A stretch of 39,189 nucleotides of DNA from a virus (Duplodnaviria > Caudoviricetes), in the IMG/VR virus record IMGVR_UViG_3300045837_000068, positions 1-39,189 of that record; one strand, written 5' to 3'. Position 1 is the stretch's first letter. Every line of letters starts with the position of its first letter. Both the position numbers and the translations under genes were made by a program. Below are positions 1-9,400 of this stretch, in pieces. Under the pieces are notes generated by a model. It was not told the origin of the DNA. It made no database searches and saw only the letters and a program-made list of their open reading frames with translations.

Positions 1-127
1 AGTGGGGCTGGTTGAGCGCAAACGAGATCCGGCGCGATGAGGACATGAACGAGATCCCCGGCGGCAATGCTTTTCTTTCGCCGCTCAACATGCAATCGGT
101 CGGCTCGGGCGCGCAGCATGAGCCGCA
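1..127 (+). repeat. 127-nt terminal overlap identical to 39063..39189 (circular assembly overlap)
   Basis: agtggggctggttgagcgca...catgagccgca occurs at both ends, and it lies inside the portal coding sequence. Confidence 0.95.
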
Positions 128-197
128 ACGGGTGGATGGCGCGGCGGCGGAGAATGCGGGAACCGCCGAAGCCGGGACTCTGGGAGGAGTCGAGTGA
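1..197 (+). CDS. Portal protein, C-terminal end (continues from 37949 across the circular join)
   Basis: GWLSANEIRRDEDMNEIPGGNAFLSPLNM is the typical HK97-family portal C-terminal motif and is in frame with the ORF at the window end. Confidence 0.92.
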   Translation, partial: WGWLSANEIRRDEDMNEIPGGNAFLSPLNMQSVGSGAQHEPQRVDGAAAENAGTAEAGTLGGVE

Positions 198-1285
198 TGC
201 CAGCAATACGTTCGCATTCCACGGAAACCACGGACGCCGCATGGGACGCGGCGGCGGTGAGGCGCAATATACCGGAAGACGCGACCGAGGCCTTTTACCG
301 CAGAGTATTCGCGTACCAGGACCCGGACGGCGATCCCGATGTCATGTCGACTTACTCTTATCCGCACCACATGGTTACGACGGCGGGCGAAGTGGGGGCG
401 GCCAATACGCGGGCCTGCTCGAACGGGATCGCGGCGCTCAACGGCGGGCGCGGCGGCCACTCTCTCTCCGCCGAAGACCGGCGCGGCGTCTGGAGCCACC
501 TCGCGCGGCATCTGAGGGACGCCGACATGGAACCGCCCGAGCTGCGCGAGCTGGACGACGCCGAAGTGGAGTACAAAGGCTTTCATTTCGAAGTGTTCAT
601 GGAGAAGGACATCGCGGTGGCGAATGACTGCTGCCTGTTCTCGGGCTATGCTTCGACCTGGACGAAGGACCTCGCCGGCGATCAGGTGAAGCCGGGGGCC
701 TTCGCCGATTCGATCCGCTCGACGAAGGGCATGGTGCCGCTGCTTTACAATCACGACCGCGACAACTGGATCGGACTTTCGACGCGGCTCTCCGAAGACC
801 AGCGGGGCCTCGCCATCGAGGGCGAGATCGACCGCTCGACCTCGCGCGGCGGCGACGTCTTCCGGCTGCTGAAGATGAGCGAGCGAATGAACTATCGCGT
901 GGGGCTTTCGATAGGCTTCGTGCTGCGCGATTTCGATTACGATAACGGTACGCGGATGCTCAAAAGCATCGATCTCTGGGAGGTTTCGTTCACGCCGTTT
1001 CCGGCCAACGCGAACGCCCACGTCAGTGAACTCAAGTCGCTCCGGAGGCTGGAGCGCTTCCTGCGGGACGCAGGCAATTACAGCCGGTCGGAGGCCAAAC
1101 GCATCGCGGCGGGCCTCGATCAGGCTGAAATCGGGCAGGACTCCAGCGGGACGCTGGACAGCGCTTTTCTGAACCACGCCATGGAGGCGATCAGAGGAAA
1201 GCGCTATGGGCCTGACGCCCGAACAGTTCATCGAGACCATCCGCACGGAATGGAAGGCGGACCAGGAGAAAAGTCTCAGCGCTGA
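194..1285 (+). CDS. HK97-family prohead (maturation) protease with an extra N-terminal domain
   Basis: Motifs FSGYAS..D..GD...PGAF, LLYNHD, GLSIGF and LWEVSFTPFPAN; lies between portal and capsid. Confidence 0.9.
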   Translation: MMPAIRSHSTETTDAAWDAAAVRRNIPEDATEAFYRRVFAYQDPDGDPDVMSTYSYPHHMVTTAGEVGAANTRACSNGIAALNGGRGGHSLSAEDRRGVWSHLARHLRDADMEPPELRELDDAEVEYKGFHFEVFMEKDIAVANDCCLFSGYASTWTKDLAGDQVKPGAFADSIRSTKGMVPLLYNHDRDNWIGLSTRLSEDQRGLAIEGEIDRSTSRGGDVFRLLKMSERMNYRVGLSIGFVLRDFDYDNGTRMLKSIDLWEVSFTPFPANANAHVSELKSLRRLERFLRDAGNYSRSEAKRIAAGLDQAEIGQDSSGTLDSAFLNHAMEAIRGKRYGPDARTVHRDHPHGMEGGPGEKSQR

Positions 1286-2564
1286 GTCCCAGGCGCGCGA
1301 AGCGCTGAAGAAGCAGCTGGACGATCACCAGGCCTTCGTCAAGAAAGGCTTCGAAGACCAGCAGGCTTACATCCGCTCCATCATAGAGAAGTCGGCGCGT
1401 CCGCCGTTTTCCGGCGCAGGCGAGCTGGTCCCGCTCTCGCTCGGCGAGCGCTTCGTTCAGTCCGAACAGTTCAAGTCCGCCGACAAGCACGGGCGCTTCT
1501 CGATCAAGGCCACCTTCGAGGGGCAACCCATCGCCACGCCGCCGGGGCGCGCGCCGGGCGCGGGACAGCCGCGCGAGGACGGGAACGGCATCCCGCCCTT
1601 CATCAACTCGACCAATACCGGCTGGCAGATCTGGCCTTACTGGATCGGCGTGGTGCGCGATCCGGAATTCCCGCTGCTGCTGCGCACGCTGATCGACGTT
1701 ATCCCCATCAACTCGACCAACGCCGTCGAGTACGTGACCGAGGATTTCCCCTGCAACGCCGGTTATCAGCTGCTCGAAGGCGACCGGAAACCGCAGGGCC
1801 ACACCACGTACACGCCGCATATCGCGACCGTCGTCACCATCGCCTGGTGGATCAAGATTTCGCGCCAGATGATGGACGACGTTCCGACCATCGTGACGTC
1901 GATTAACAACCGTCTCGTGCGCTGCATCCTCGAAAAGGAGGAGCGCGAGCTGCTGATGGGCGAGGGAACGCCGGGCACGCTCAAGGGCATCTTCCCGGTG
2001 CTCGCTGAATCGGGCGTCCCCGAGATCCCGGCTCCGGCGGGCGCGGGCACGCCGCTCGATCAGGTGCTCATGGGCATCGCCCAGGTGCGGGCCAACAACT
2101 TCCAGCCGGACGTGATCGTGCTCAACGGCGTCGACTGGGCGCGCATGCAGGGCCTGAAGAATTCCTTCGGCGGCTATCTGCTGCCGGGCCTGCCGGGCAT
2201 GGCGGGCTTTTCCACGGCGGGCGGCGCGGGCCAGCTGTGGGGCCTGCCGGTCGCGATCACGCCCGGCCTTCCCCAGGGCCGCTTTCTCGTAGGGCAGTTT
2301 CGCGGCACGTGCGCGATCTTCGACAGACAAACGGTCAACATCGAAACGGCGAACCAGAACGAGGATGATTTCATTCGAAATTTGATCGTGATCAGGGCGG
2401 AAGAGCGGCTGACCTTCGCGGTGTTTCAGCCGAACGCTTTCGCCACCGGCGATTTCTCGGGCTTCAATTTCAATGGCGCGCCGCCTGCGCCGCCTGCGCC
2501 GGAGGGCTTCGAGGGACGCGGGCCGAACGGCGGCAGACGCAGAGGCGCGGAAGGAGGCGCATAA
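1206..2564 (+). CDS. Major capsid protein, HK97 fold
   Basis: N-terminal coiled-coil delta domain; motifs EG..KP, TIAWWIKISRQMMDD, LWGLPV and DFIRNLIVIRAEERL. Confidence 0.93.
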   Translation: MGLTPEQFIETIRTEWKADQEKSLSAESQAREALKKQLDDHQAFVKKGFEDQQAYIRSIIEKSARPPFSGAGELVPLSLGERFVQSEQFKSADKHGRFSIKATFEGQPIATPPGRAPGAGQPREDGNGIPPFINSTNTGWQIWPYWIGVVRDPEFPLLLRTLIDVIPINSTNAVEYVTEDFPCNAGYQLLEGDRKPQGHTTYTPHIATVVTIAWWIKISRQMMDDVPTIVTSINNRLVRCILEKEERELLMGEGTPGTLKGIFPVLAESGVPEIPAPAGAGTPLDQVLMGIAQVRANNFQPDVIVLNGVDWARMQGLKNSFGGYLLPGLPGMAGFSTAGGAGQLWGLPVAITPGLPQGRFLVGQFRGTCAIFDRQTVNIETANQNEDDFIRNLIVIRAEERLTFAVFQPNAFATGDFSGFNFNGAPPAPPAPEGFEGRGPNGGRRRGAEGGA

Positions 2565-2780
2565 ATGCGCGTGGAGCTGGTGAAGGACGTAACCAATCAG
2601 TCGGGTTCGGTCATGCGCGCCGGTCTCGTGGTCGACGTGCCCGCCGAAGTCGGGCTGCGGCTGGTGGCCGAGGGCGACGCCATCGAGGTGAAGGACCTGG
2701 GCGACGCGCCCGAACGGAAAGAGCAGGAAGAGCGCGGCGCGGACGAACAGCCCATCGAGGACGAAGAGGCGGAGGAGTAA
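2565..2780 (+). CDS. Small acidic head-associated protein (hypothetical)
   Basis: Abuts the capsid stop codon and has a GGAGG RBS. The G.VVDVP..VG.RLVAEG.A pattern is typical of small post-capsid genes. Confidence 0.7.
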   Translation: MRVELVKDVTNQSGSVMRAGLVVDVPAEVGLRLVAEGDAIEVKDLGDAPERKEQEERGADEQPIEDEEAEE

Positions 2781-3272
2781 GTGTACCCATCCTGCTGGCC
2801 CTGGTGGCAACAGCCGAATATCTGGTGGCCTCACTGCCGGATGGCCATCCAGCCGCAGAATCCAAACTGGAGCTGCCAGGACCAGGACAACTTCATCCGC
2901 AACATGGTCACGCAGATCACCGGGGGCGCGGTGATCGGCGAGAGCGCGGGCGCATTCGCATGGGGAAGACACTCCGAAACGCCCGCGCTCATGCTCGATG
3001 AGATCAAGACGCATCTGCGCATCGAGCCGGGGATCGCGGTCGAGGACGTCTATCTGATGTTTCTCGAAGCGGCGGCGCGGCATTTCGCCGAGAACGCGCT
3101 TCGCTACCCGATAGATGCGCGCGCGAACCCCGCGATCAAACAGGCGATGCTGCTGCTCATCGCGGCCTGGTATCGCAACCGGGAAGCGATCAGCTCGGAA
3201 GCCATCGGCGAATACGAGCTGGCGTTTACGGCTTTGCTTTCGCCGGAAAGGGATTTTTCCGTCTGGTACTGA
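2781..3272 (+). CDS. Head-tail connector (HK97 gp6-like) with an N-terminal extension
   Basis: LDEIKTHLRI..ED.YL and IKQAMLLLIAAWYRNREA motifs; GGAGGAG RBS before the GTG start. Confidence 0.88.
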   Translation: MYPSCWPWWQQPNIWWPHCRMAIQPQNPNWSCQDQDNFIRNMVTQITGGAVIGESAGAFAWGRHSETPALMLDEIKTHLRIEPGIAVEDVYLMFLEAAARHFAENALRYPIDARANPAIKQAMLLLIAAWYRNREAISSEAIGEYELAFTALLSPERDFSVWY

Positions 3273-3275
3273 CTT

Positions 3276-3620
3276 ATGGCGGGACGCAGAGTAACTTCCC
3301 CTGAAGTCTGGTCGGGCGATCTCGACCGGCGTATCAGCCTGCTGCGCCCGCTCTTCAATCAGTGGCAGGACGAAATTATCGGCTGGGAAAAGGTGGCGGA
3401 CGTGTGGGCCGGTTTCAATTCCACTTACGGCTACGAGATCATGGCGAGCCTGCGCACCATCATGATCGTGCAGATCACGGTCGTGATCCGCTACCGCAAC
3501 GACATCGATCAGCGCTGGCGGCTGAAGGATGAACAGGGCATCACTTACGAGATCAACGGCATGCTGAACACGCTGAACCGTTATTCGCAGTGGCAGTTAT
3601 TGTGTACGCGAGTCGACTGA
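3276..3620 (+). CDS. Head closure/stopper protein (SPP1 gp16-like)
   Basis: GDLDRRISL, VADVWA, IRYRNDI and YEI motifs; position after the connector. Confidence 0.85.
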   Translation: MAGRRVTSPEVWSGDLDRRISLLRPLFNQWQDEIIGWEKVADVWAGFNSTYGYEIMASLRTIMIVQITVVIRYRNDIDQRWRLKDEQGITYEINGMLNTLNRYSQWQLLCTRVD

Positions 3621-3621
3621 A

Positions 3622-4047
3622 ATGAGCTGGGAATTCCTGGACAAGGTGCGGGCCGAGATCGAAGAGGCGGGCGGATTCGCGAATCTGGTTTTCTTTCATT
3701 ACCAGGTGAACCAGTCGGGCAGTCAGTTCGCCGACTACCGCACGCGCGACGGCAGAGGGCGGCGCATGTCGGAAGAGATCGTCGACGCCGAACTGAACGT
3801 GGTGAATCCGGTGCGCGCGATTCCCGGCTCGCGCATGGCCGGTTCCGAGTACGACCCGCCTTATGTTCCGGGGCAGATACCACCGGCGCACGTGATCGCG
3901 GAAGGGAGACCGGACTATGCCGCAGAAACTGGAGATCAAAGGAGTCGAGGAGCTGAAGCGGACGCTCGACAAGATAGGGGAAGCCTTCGAGATGAAGGGA
4001 CGGGCGGCGGAGCGGATCAAAGACATGATGATGAAGCCCGCGAATGA
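3622..4047 (+). CDS. Hypothetical protein in the neck module
   Basis: ATG directly after the previous stop fills a 300-nt gap. The 3' end overlaps the next gene by 131 nt. No recognised motif. Confidence 0.55.
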   Translation: MSWEFLDKVRAEIEEAGGFANLVFFHYQVNQSGSQFADYRTRDGRGRRMSEEIVDAELNVVNPVRAIPGSRMAGSEYDPPYVPGQIPPAHVIAEGRPDYAAETGDQRSRGAEADARQDRGSLRDEGTGGGADQRHDDEARE

Positions 4048-4333
4048 CATGCGGCGCGCGGCGCAGTCCATGGCTCCAGTCGCTACCGGCGCGCTGCGCG
4101 GCTCGATCAAGGCCGCGCCCATGCTGGAACGCCCCGGCGCAATTGTGTGGCAGGACGGAAGCGAAGCCGATTACGGGCGCTATGTGGAGTGGGGAACGAG
4201 TAACATGGCGGCGCAGCCGTTCATGCGTCCGGCGGTCGAGGCCACGCGCTCGACCTTCGCGTCCGCTCTCGCTTCCGATATCCCCGACATTCTCGAAGAG
4301 GCGGCGGCTCAGACGCGCTGGAAGGCGAAATGA
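3917..4333 (+). CDS. HK97 gp10-like tail completion/neck protein
   Basis: IKGVEEL, APVATGALRGSI and YVEWGTSNMAAQPFMRPA motifs. Confidence 0.9.
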   Translation: MPQKLEIKGVEELKRTLDKIGEAFEMKGRAAERIKDMMMKPANDMRRAAQSMAPVATGALRGSIKAAPMLERPGAIVWQDGSEADYGRYVEWGTSNMAAQPFMRPAVEATRSTFASALASDIPDILEEAAAQTRWKAK

Positions 4334-4776
4334 GAATTATCGAGGATGTTATCCGGGAACTCGTCGCGGCGCTCGAACTGCCGTTCGCGAGCCGTATCTT
4401 TCTCATGCGCGCTCCGCAGGCGCCCGCGCCTTCGCCAGCGGTCCCTTATTGCGTCATGATTCCGGCGGGAACCAATCCCATTCACGGAACGCATGCGCGT
4501 TCTTATCTCATGAACCGGGTGTTCCAGTTCTCGATTTACGATTCGTCGCAGACCCGCGCGCTCTGGGTTTCGGAAACGCTCCGGCTCAAAATCGATGCGC
4601 TGCGCGGCCACTTCGGGGGCGTCAACTTCGGCGCGATTCTGTTGCGCGCGCAGACGGCGGCGGCGCCCGAAATCGCGACCGGCCTGTTTCACGTGATCAG
4701 CGATTACGAATTCATTTACAGCTTTTGCCCTGAGCCGAGCGCGGCCCAGGTAATTGCCAGTTACGCAGGAGGTTAA
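4330..4776 (+). CDS. Probable tail terminator protein
   Basis: Position before the major tail protein; RIF..RAPQ....PY and FQFSIY pattern; ATGA overlap with the previous gene. Confidence 0.7.
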   Translation: MRIIEDVIRELVAALELPFASRIFLMRAPQAPAPSPAVPYCVMIPAGTNPIHGTHARSYLMNRVFQFSIYDSSQTRALWVSETLRLKIDALRGHFGGVNFGAILLRAQTAAAPEIATGLFHVISDYEFIYSFCPEPSAAQVIASYAGG

Positions 4777-4781
4777 AGGAA

Positions 4782-5744
4782 ATGAGTCCACAGACACCAC
4801 AGAGGCCGGGGCAGCCGGTACCGCGTCCGCCCCAGCATCCCACGCAGACATTCACGCCGCGACCTCTGAGCGAGACCGGCGAACAGCAGCAGCCGCCGCG
4901 CAATCCGCAGGGGGCGCAGAATCCGCAGGGCGAACGCGCCGCGATCCGTCCCATGGCGGAAGCGGCGGGCGATTGTCTCGCCACCATCCCGCCATCCATC
5001 GTCCCGCCCGAAGTAACCGGCGCGGGCGAAGCGGGCATCGCGGCCTTCGGCACGCTGATCCAGGTGCTTTCGGATCTGGGTCCGCCGCGCGTGTTCACGA
5101 CCATCGCGGGCGTGGGCGATATCGCGCGCTCGGGGCCGACGACCGACGTCGTCGATACCACCAATCACTCGACCGCGACCGCGTTCAAATCCTTCGCGCC
5201 CGGCGGCATCGATCCGGGACAGCTCACCTTCCCGGTGTTCTTCAATCCCGCCGATCCGACGCACGCGGCGATGAGTCCCTTCGGTCTCGAAAACCTGCTC
5301 ACCAATCGCGTAACGACGCAGTTCCGCATCGTCAAGCCGGACTCGGGGCGAACCACGCATGAGTTTTACGGATTCGTGCAATCGCTCTCGGAAGCCTATC
5401 CGGTGGCGGGCGTGATGACGCGCGACGTGACCATTCAGATCCTCGGCCCGCTTTGCCCGGTATTCCCGATGATCACGGTTCCGCCTTCCCTCGCGCCGAC
5501 AGTAGGGCCGCAGGGCCTTATGAACCAGGAGATCACCATCGCCGCGCCCGCCGACGTCACGCTCTCCTGGACCGTGTTCGCGTCCGTGCCGTGGCTGCGC
5601 GTGACCTCGCCCGTCGCGCCGGTGTTCGGCGGCCACACCATCCGCTACGACGTGCTGCCGAACGAGACGCCCAATGAGCGCCAGGGCTTTCTCATGATTG
5701 CCGATCAGCGCTACACCATCACTCAGGAAGGGACCACCGCATGA
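4782..5744 (+). CDS. Major tail (tube) protein with a C-terminal BACON-like Ig domain
   Basis: Tube motifs VDTTNHS..FK.F.PGGIDPGQLTF and F.GFV. The C-terminus SWTVFASVPWLRVTS...YDVLPN....RQGFLMIADQRYTITQ matches the BACON pattern. Confidence 0.85.
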   Translation: MSPQTPQRPGQPVPRPPQHPTQTFTPRPLSETGEQQQPPRNPQGAQNPQGERAAIRPMAEAAGDCLATIPPSIVPPEVTGAGEAGIAAFGTLIQVLSDLGPPRVFTTIAGVGDIARSGPTTDVVDTTNHSTATAFKSFAPGGIDPGQLTFPVFFNPADPTHAAMSPFGLENLLTNRVTTQFRIVKPDSGRTTHEFYGFVQSLSEAYPVAGVMTRDVTIQILGPLCPVFPMITVPPSLAPTVGPQGLMNQEITIAAPADVTLSWTVFASVPWLRVTSPVAPVFGGHTIRYDVLPNETPNERQGFLMIADQRYTITQEGTTA

Positions 5745-6151
5745 GAGCCGAACCGGCAAAGCCGATCATGATCGAAATCGGCGGCAAAGAGTATCAGTTG
5801 CGTTATTCGCTGCGCTCGCTTCGGGAACTGGAAACGCAGGGCGTCAACCTGCTCGAACAGTCCAACATGAATTCGATCTCGAAACTCAGCCTGCTGCTTT
5901 ACCATGGGCTGCGCACCGAGAACCCGAATATCAGCGAAGAGTGGGTGCTCGATAACGTGGACGCGCCCGAGCTGTTCGCCATGCTTCCGGCCATGGTCGA
6001 GGCGGCCACCGGGAAGCGCGGCCAGGCGGAGACGGTCGCGGCAAAAAACGAACCGGCCCGGTTCCTGCCGGGAGCGGCTGGGACTGGTGGGAATCCTGGG
6101 CTTTCGGAAGATACGATCTCGCCCTCGGTGAAGCCGAATTCTGGGATCTGA
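5741..6151 (+). CDS. Tail assembly chaperone (gpG-like)
   Basis: IEIGGKEYQLRYSLRSLRELE motif; sits between the major tail protein and the tape measure; contains a slippery heptamer. Confidence 0.85.
   Translation: MRAEPAKPIMIEIGGKEYQLRYSLRSLRELETQGVNLLEQSNMNSISKLSLLLYHGLRTENPNISEEWVLDNVDAPELFAMLPAMVEAATGKRGQAETVAAKNEPARFLPGAAGTGGNPGLSEDTISPSVKPNSGI
6043..6049 (+). promoter_or_regulatory. Programmed -1 ribosomal frameshift site A AAA AAC
   Basis: In-frame GCA AAA AAC fits X XXY YYZ, and the -1 frame is open from here to 6423. Confidence 0.85.
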
Positions 6152-6423
6152 CGATTCAGGAATTTCTCGCGCTCGCCGAGCGCTCTTTCGCGAGGGATCA
6201 GTTCATGGAACGGCTGGCCGCGAATACTCCGACCATCCTCGCCAACGTCTATTTCCGCAAGCCGCATTCGGCGGGCTACACCGTGGCCGACTTCATGGAA
6301 CTGTCGCGGGCGCGGGGGCGGCTCCATCACGCGCGGACAAGAGAGCAGACGATGGCGGAGCCGATGCGCATCGCCGCGCCGGGCGAGCGTCCGCCCGCCG
6401 GGCTGGGGGTACGGGGGCGCTAG
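6043..6423 (+). CDS. Frameshifted extension of the tail chaperone (gpT part of gpGT, full product 5741..6423)
   Basis: The -1 frame reads KKRTGPVPAGSGWDWWESWAFGRYDLALGEAEFWDLTIQEFLAL... into ORF 6205..6423. The EFWDLT..EF motif is typical of gpT. Confidence 0.85.
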   Translation, partial: KKRTGPVPAGSGWDWWESWAFGRYDLALGEAEFWDLTIQEFLALAERSFARDQFMERLAANTPTILANVYFRKPHSAGYTVADFMELSRARGRLHHARTREQTMAEPMRIAAPGERPPAGLGVRGR

Positions 6424-9400
6424 ATGGCGATCTCGGTCGGCGATCTGCTCTCGAATCTGCTGCTCGATATCAGCGACTTCAAGAGCAACCTCGACGAAGC
6501 CAAAAACGACGCGACCTCGAAAACCAATGAGATCTCGAACAGCTTCGGCGAACTCGGCTCGGCCTTCGGCGACATTGCCAAAGGCCTCGCCGCCCTCGGC
6601 ATCGCGGCGGCGCTGACCGAATTCAAGAACGAAGCGGTCGCGGCCTACGGCGAAGTGCGCACCTTCGAGCGCGCGCTCACCGCGCTGATGGGATCGGCGG
6701 ACGCAGCCAAAGCCGAACTCGACGCGCTGCGCGAGATCGTCGCCAACAGCCGTTTCTCGCTGCCCGAAGTCGCCGAGGGCGCGCAGCGGCTGATCACCAT
6801 GGGCGTCTCGGCGGAACAGACCAACCGCACCATGCAGGCGCTGGTGGACACGGCGGCGGCCACCGGCAAGGGCGCGGAATTCATCAATCAGGCGGCCAAC
6901 GCGCTCGCGCGCATGGCCGCGACCGGCGAAGTCTCGACCCGCTCGCTGCAAATGCTGGCGAACGCGGGCATCCCCGTCTACGACATCCTGGGCAAGATGG
7001 GCATCTCGATGGACGACGTCAAAAACAAGACGGTGTCCGCGACCCAGGTAATCGACGCTCTGACTGTCGGCCTGAATGAGCGCTTCGGCGGGACAGCCGA
7101 AAGGATGACGCATACCTGGGCCGGGGCCTGGGATCAGATGGGCAAAGCGGTATTCGACGCCAAAGCCGCCATAGGCGAATCGATCACCAACATGCTCAAT
7201 CAGCTCGCGCCCATCATCGAGGGCATTACCGCGCTGATCCGGGGCTTTACCGAAGTCTGGAAGGCGCTGCCCACGCCGGTCAAGGAAGTAATCGTCATCC
7301 TCGGCGGACTCGTGACCGCAGTCGCCGGGATCGGCGGCGCGATCACGGCGGCCTCGGGCGTGATCAAGGCCTTTGGCCTGGTCTTCGGCGGCCTCGAAAC
7401 GGCGGCGAAGGCGATTCCCGTCGTCCTCAACGCGGTGCAGATCGGAGCTACGGCCCTGAGCGGAGCGTTTACCGCCCTTCCGGGGATTATCAGCACCGTC
7501 ACGACCGGATTTACCGCCATGACCACGGCGCTCGCGGCCAATCCCTGGGCGCTGGTGGCGGTGGGCGTGGCGGCGGCGATTGCGGCGCTGACCGCGCTCG
7601 GCGTCTACGTCCACAACAACTGGCCCGAAATCAAAGAGAAGGTTTATAACGCCTGGGAGGGCATCGAGGGCTGGTGGTCGAATCAGTGGGGCGCGGCCAA
7701 GGCCACGGTCTCGCTCGCCTGGGATGAGATTAAAGGTCTCGGGCAGAAGGCCTCGGGCATCTTCGACAAAGTCTGGGATCTGCTGCCGGACTCGTGGAAG
7801 GGCGCGTGGGAATCGGCGAAACAGACCGTCGTAAATGCGTGGGACGCGATCAACGCCAATCCCATCGTGCAGCAGGTCAAAGAGAACCTGAAGACCGTCT
7901 GGGATAACGTGCTTGAGGGCAACTGGCGGGGCGCGTGGGAAGCCGCGAAAAAGACGGTGACCGACGCCTGGGACGCGATCAGCGCGCTACCGGCGGTCCA
8001 GCAGGCGAAGGAAAATCTGCGCACCATCTGGGACAACGTTCTGGAGGGCAACTGGCGCGCGGCCTGGGAAGGCGCAAAGAAACTGGTCACGGACGCGTGG
8101 GACGCGATCCAGTCGATACCCGGCGTCTCTACCGTGGTCTCGTGGTTTAAGTCCGTCTGGGACGATCTCTCGGGGCCGTGGATCACGGCCTGGAATTACG
8201 CGAAGAACGCGGTGATGGATGCGTGGGCCGCCATTCAGACGATCCCCGGCGTCGCCGCCGTCGTCGAGTGGATGAAGGGCGTCTGGGACGAACTCGCGGG
8301 CGCGTGGCAGATCGCCTGGGATGCGCTCAAAGGTCTCATCGTGGCGGTCTGGGATTCCATCCGCTCGATGTCGATAGATCCCATCGTGAGCTGGATGGCG
8401 GGGATCTGGGATCAGCTCAAAGACTGGTGGGCCGCCGCCTGGGCGGGCGTGAAATCGGTCATCGCCGACGCCTGGGACGGGATCAAAAACCTGCCCGGCG
8501 TCCAGGCCACCATCGACTGGATGGCTGGCGTCTGGGACACGATAAAGGACCTGTGGGGCCGGGCGTGGAGCGGTATCCAGTCGCTCATCTCGGACGCCTG
8601 GGACGCGATCAAATCGCTGCCGGGGGTTCAGGCCACCATCGACTGGATGAGCGGGGTATGGGACTCGATCAAAGACATCTGGTCGCAGGCGTGGAGCGGC
8701 ATTTCCGGGCTGATCTCGGACGCCTGGGAAGCGATTAAAAATCTGCCGGGAGTCCAGGCCACCATTGACTGGTTCGCGTCGATCTGGGACAACCTCGGGG
8801 ACTTGTGGGATCAGGCGTGGAGCGCGATCTCGAATACGCTCGCCAGCTGGTGGGATTCACTCATGAATCTTCCTGGCGTCCAGGCCACGATTGACTGGTT
8901 CGCCAATATCTGGGAAAACCTCGGCGATCTCTGGGACAGCGCCTGGTCGGCCATCGTCGACGCCATCTCAGGCTGGTGGGATTCGCTGCTCAATCTGCCC
9001 GTCGTCAGTAGCGTCATCGAGTGGTTCGAGGGCGTCTGGGATACGCTCACCAATCACTGGGATGACGTCTGGGAAGGGCTGAAGCAGCTCATCTCCGACG
9101 CCTTTTTCACCATGACCGGGATCGGCGCGATCCTCGCCGCCGTCGAGTGGTTCACGGGCGTCTGGGACGATCTCGGCGGCTCCTGGACGGCGGTCTGGGA
9201 AGGGCTGAAAAACATCATCTCGGAGGCGTGGAATTCATTCCTGAATCTCCCGGCGGTCTCAGCCGTGACGACGTGGTTCGCGCACGCCTGGGACACGGTG
9301 GTGGACGCCTGGAATACGGTCTGGGGCGCGCTCAAGACCGGCTTCCAGAATCTGGTCAACTTTCTCAACGAACAGTTGCCGGGCCTGATGCATCCGCTCG

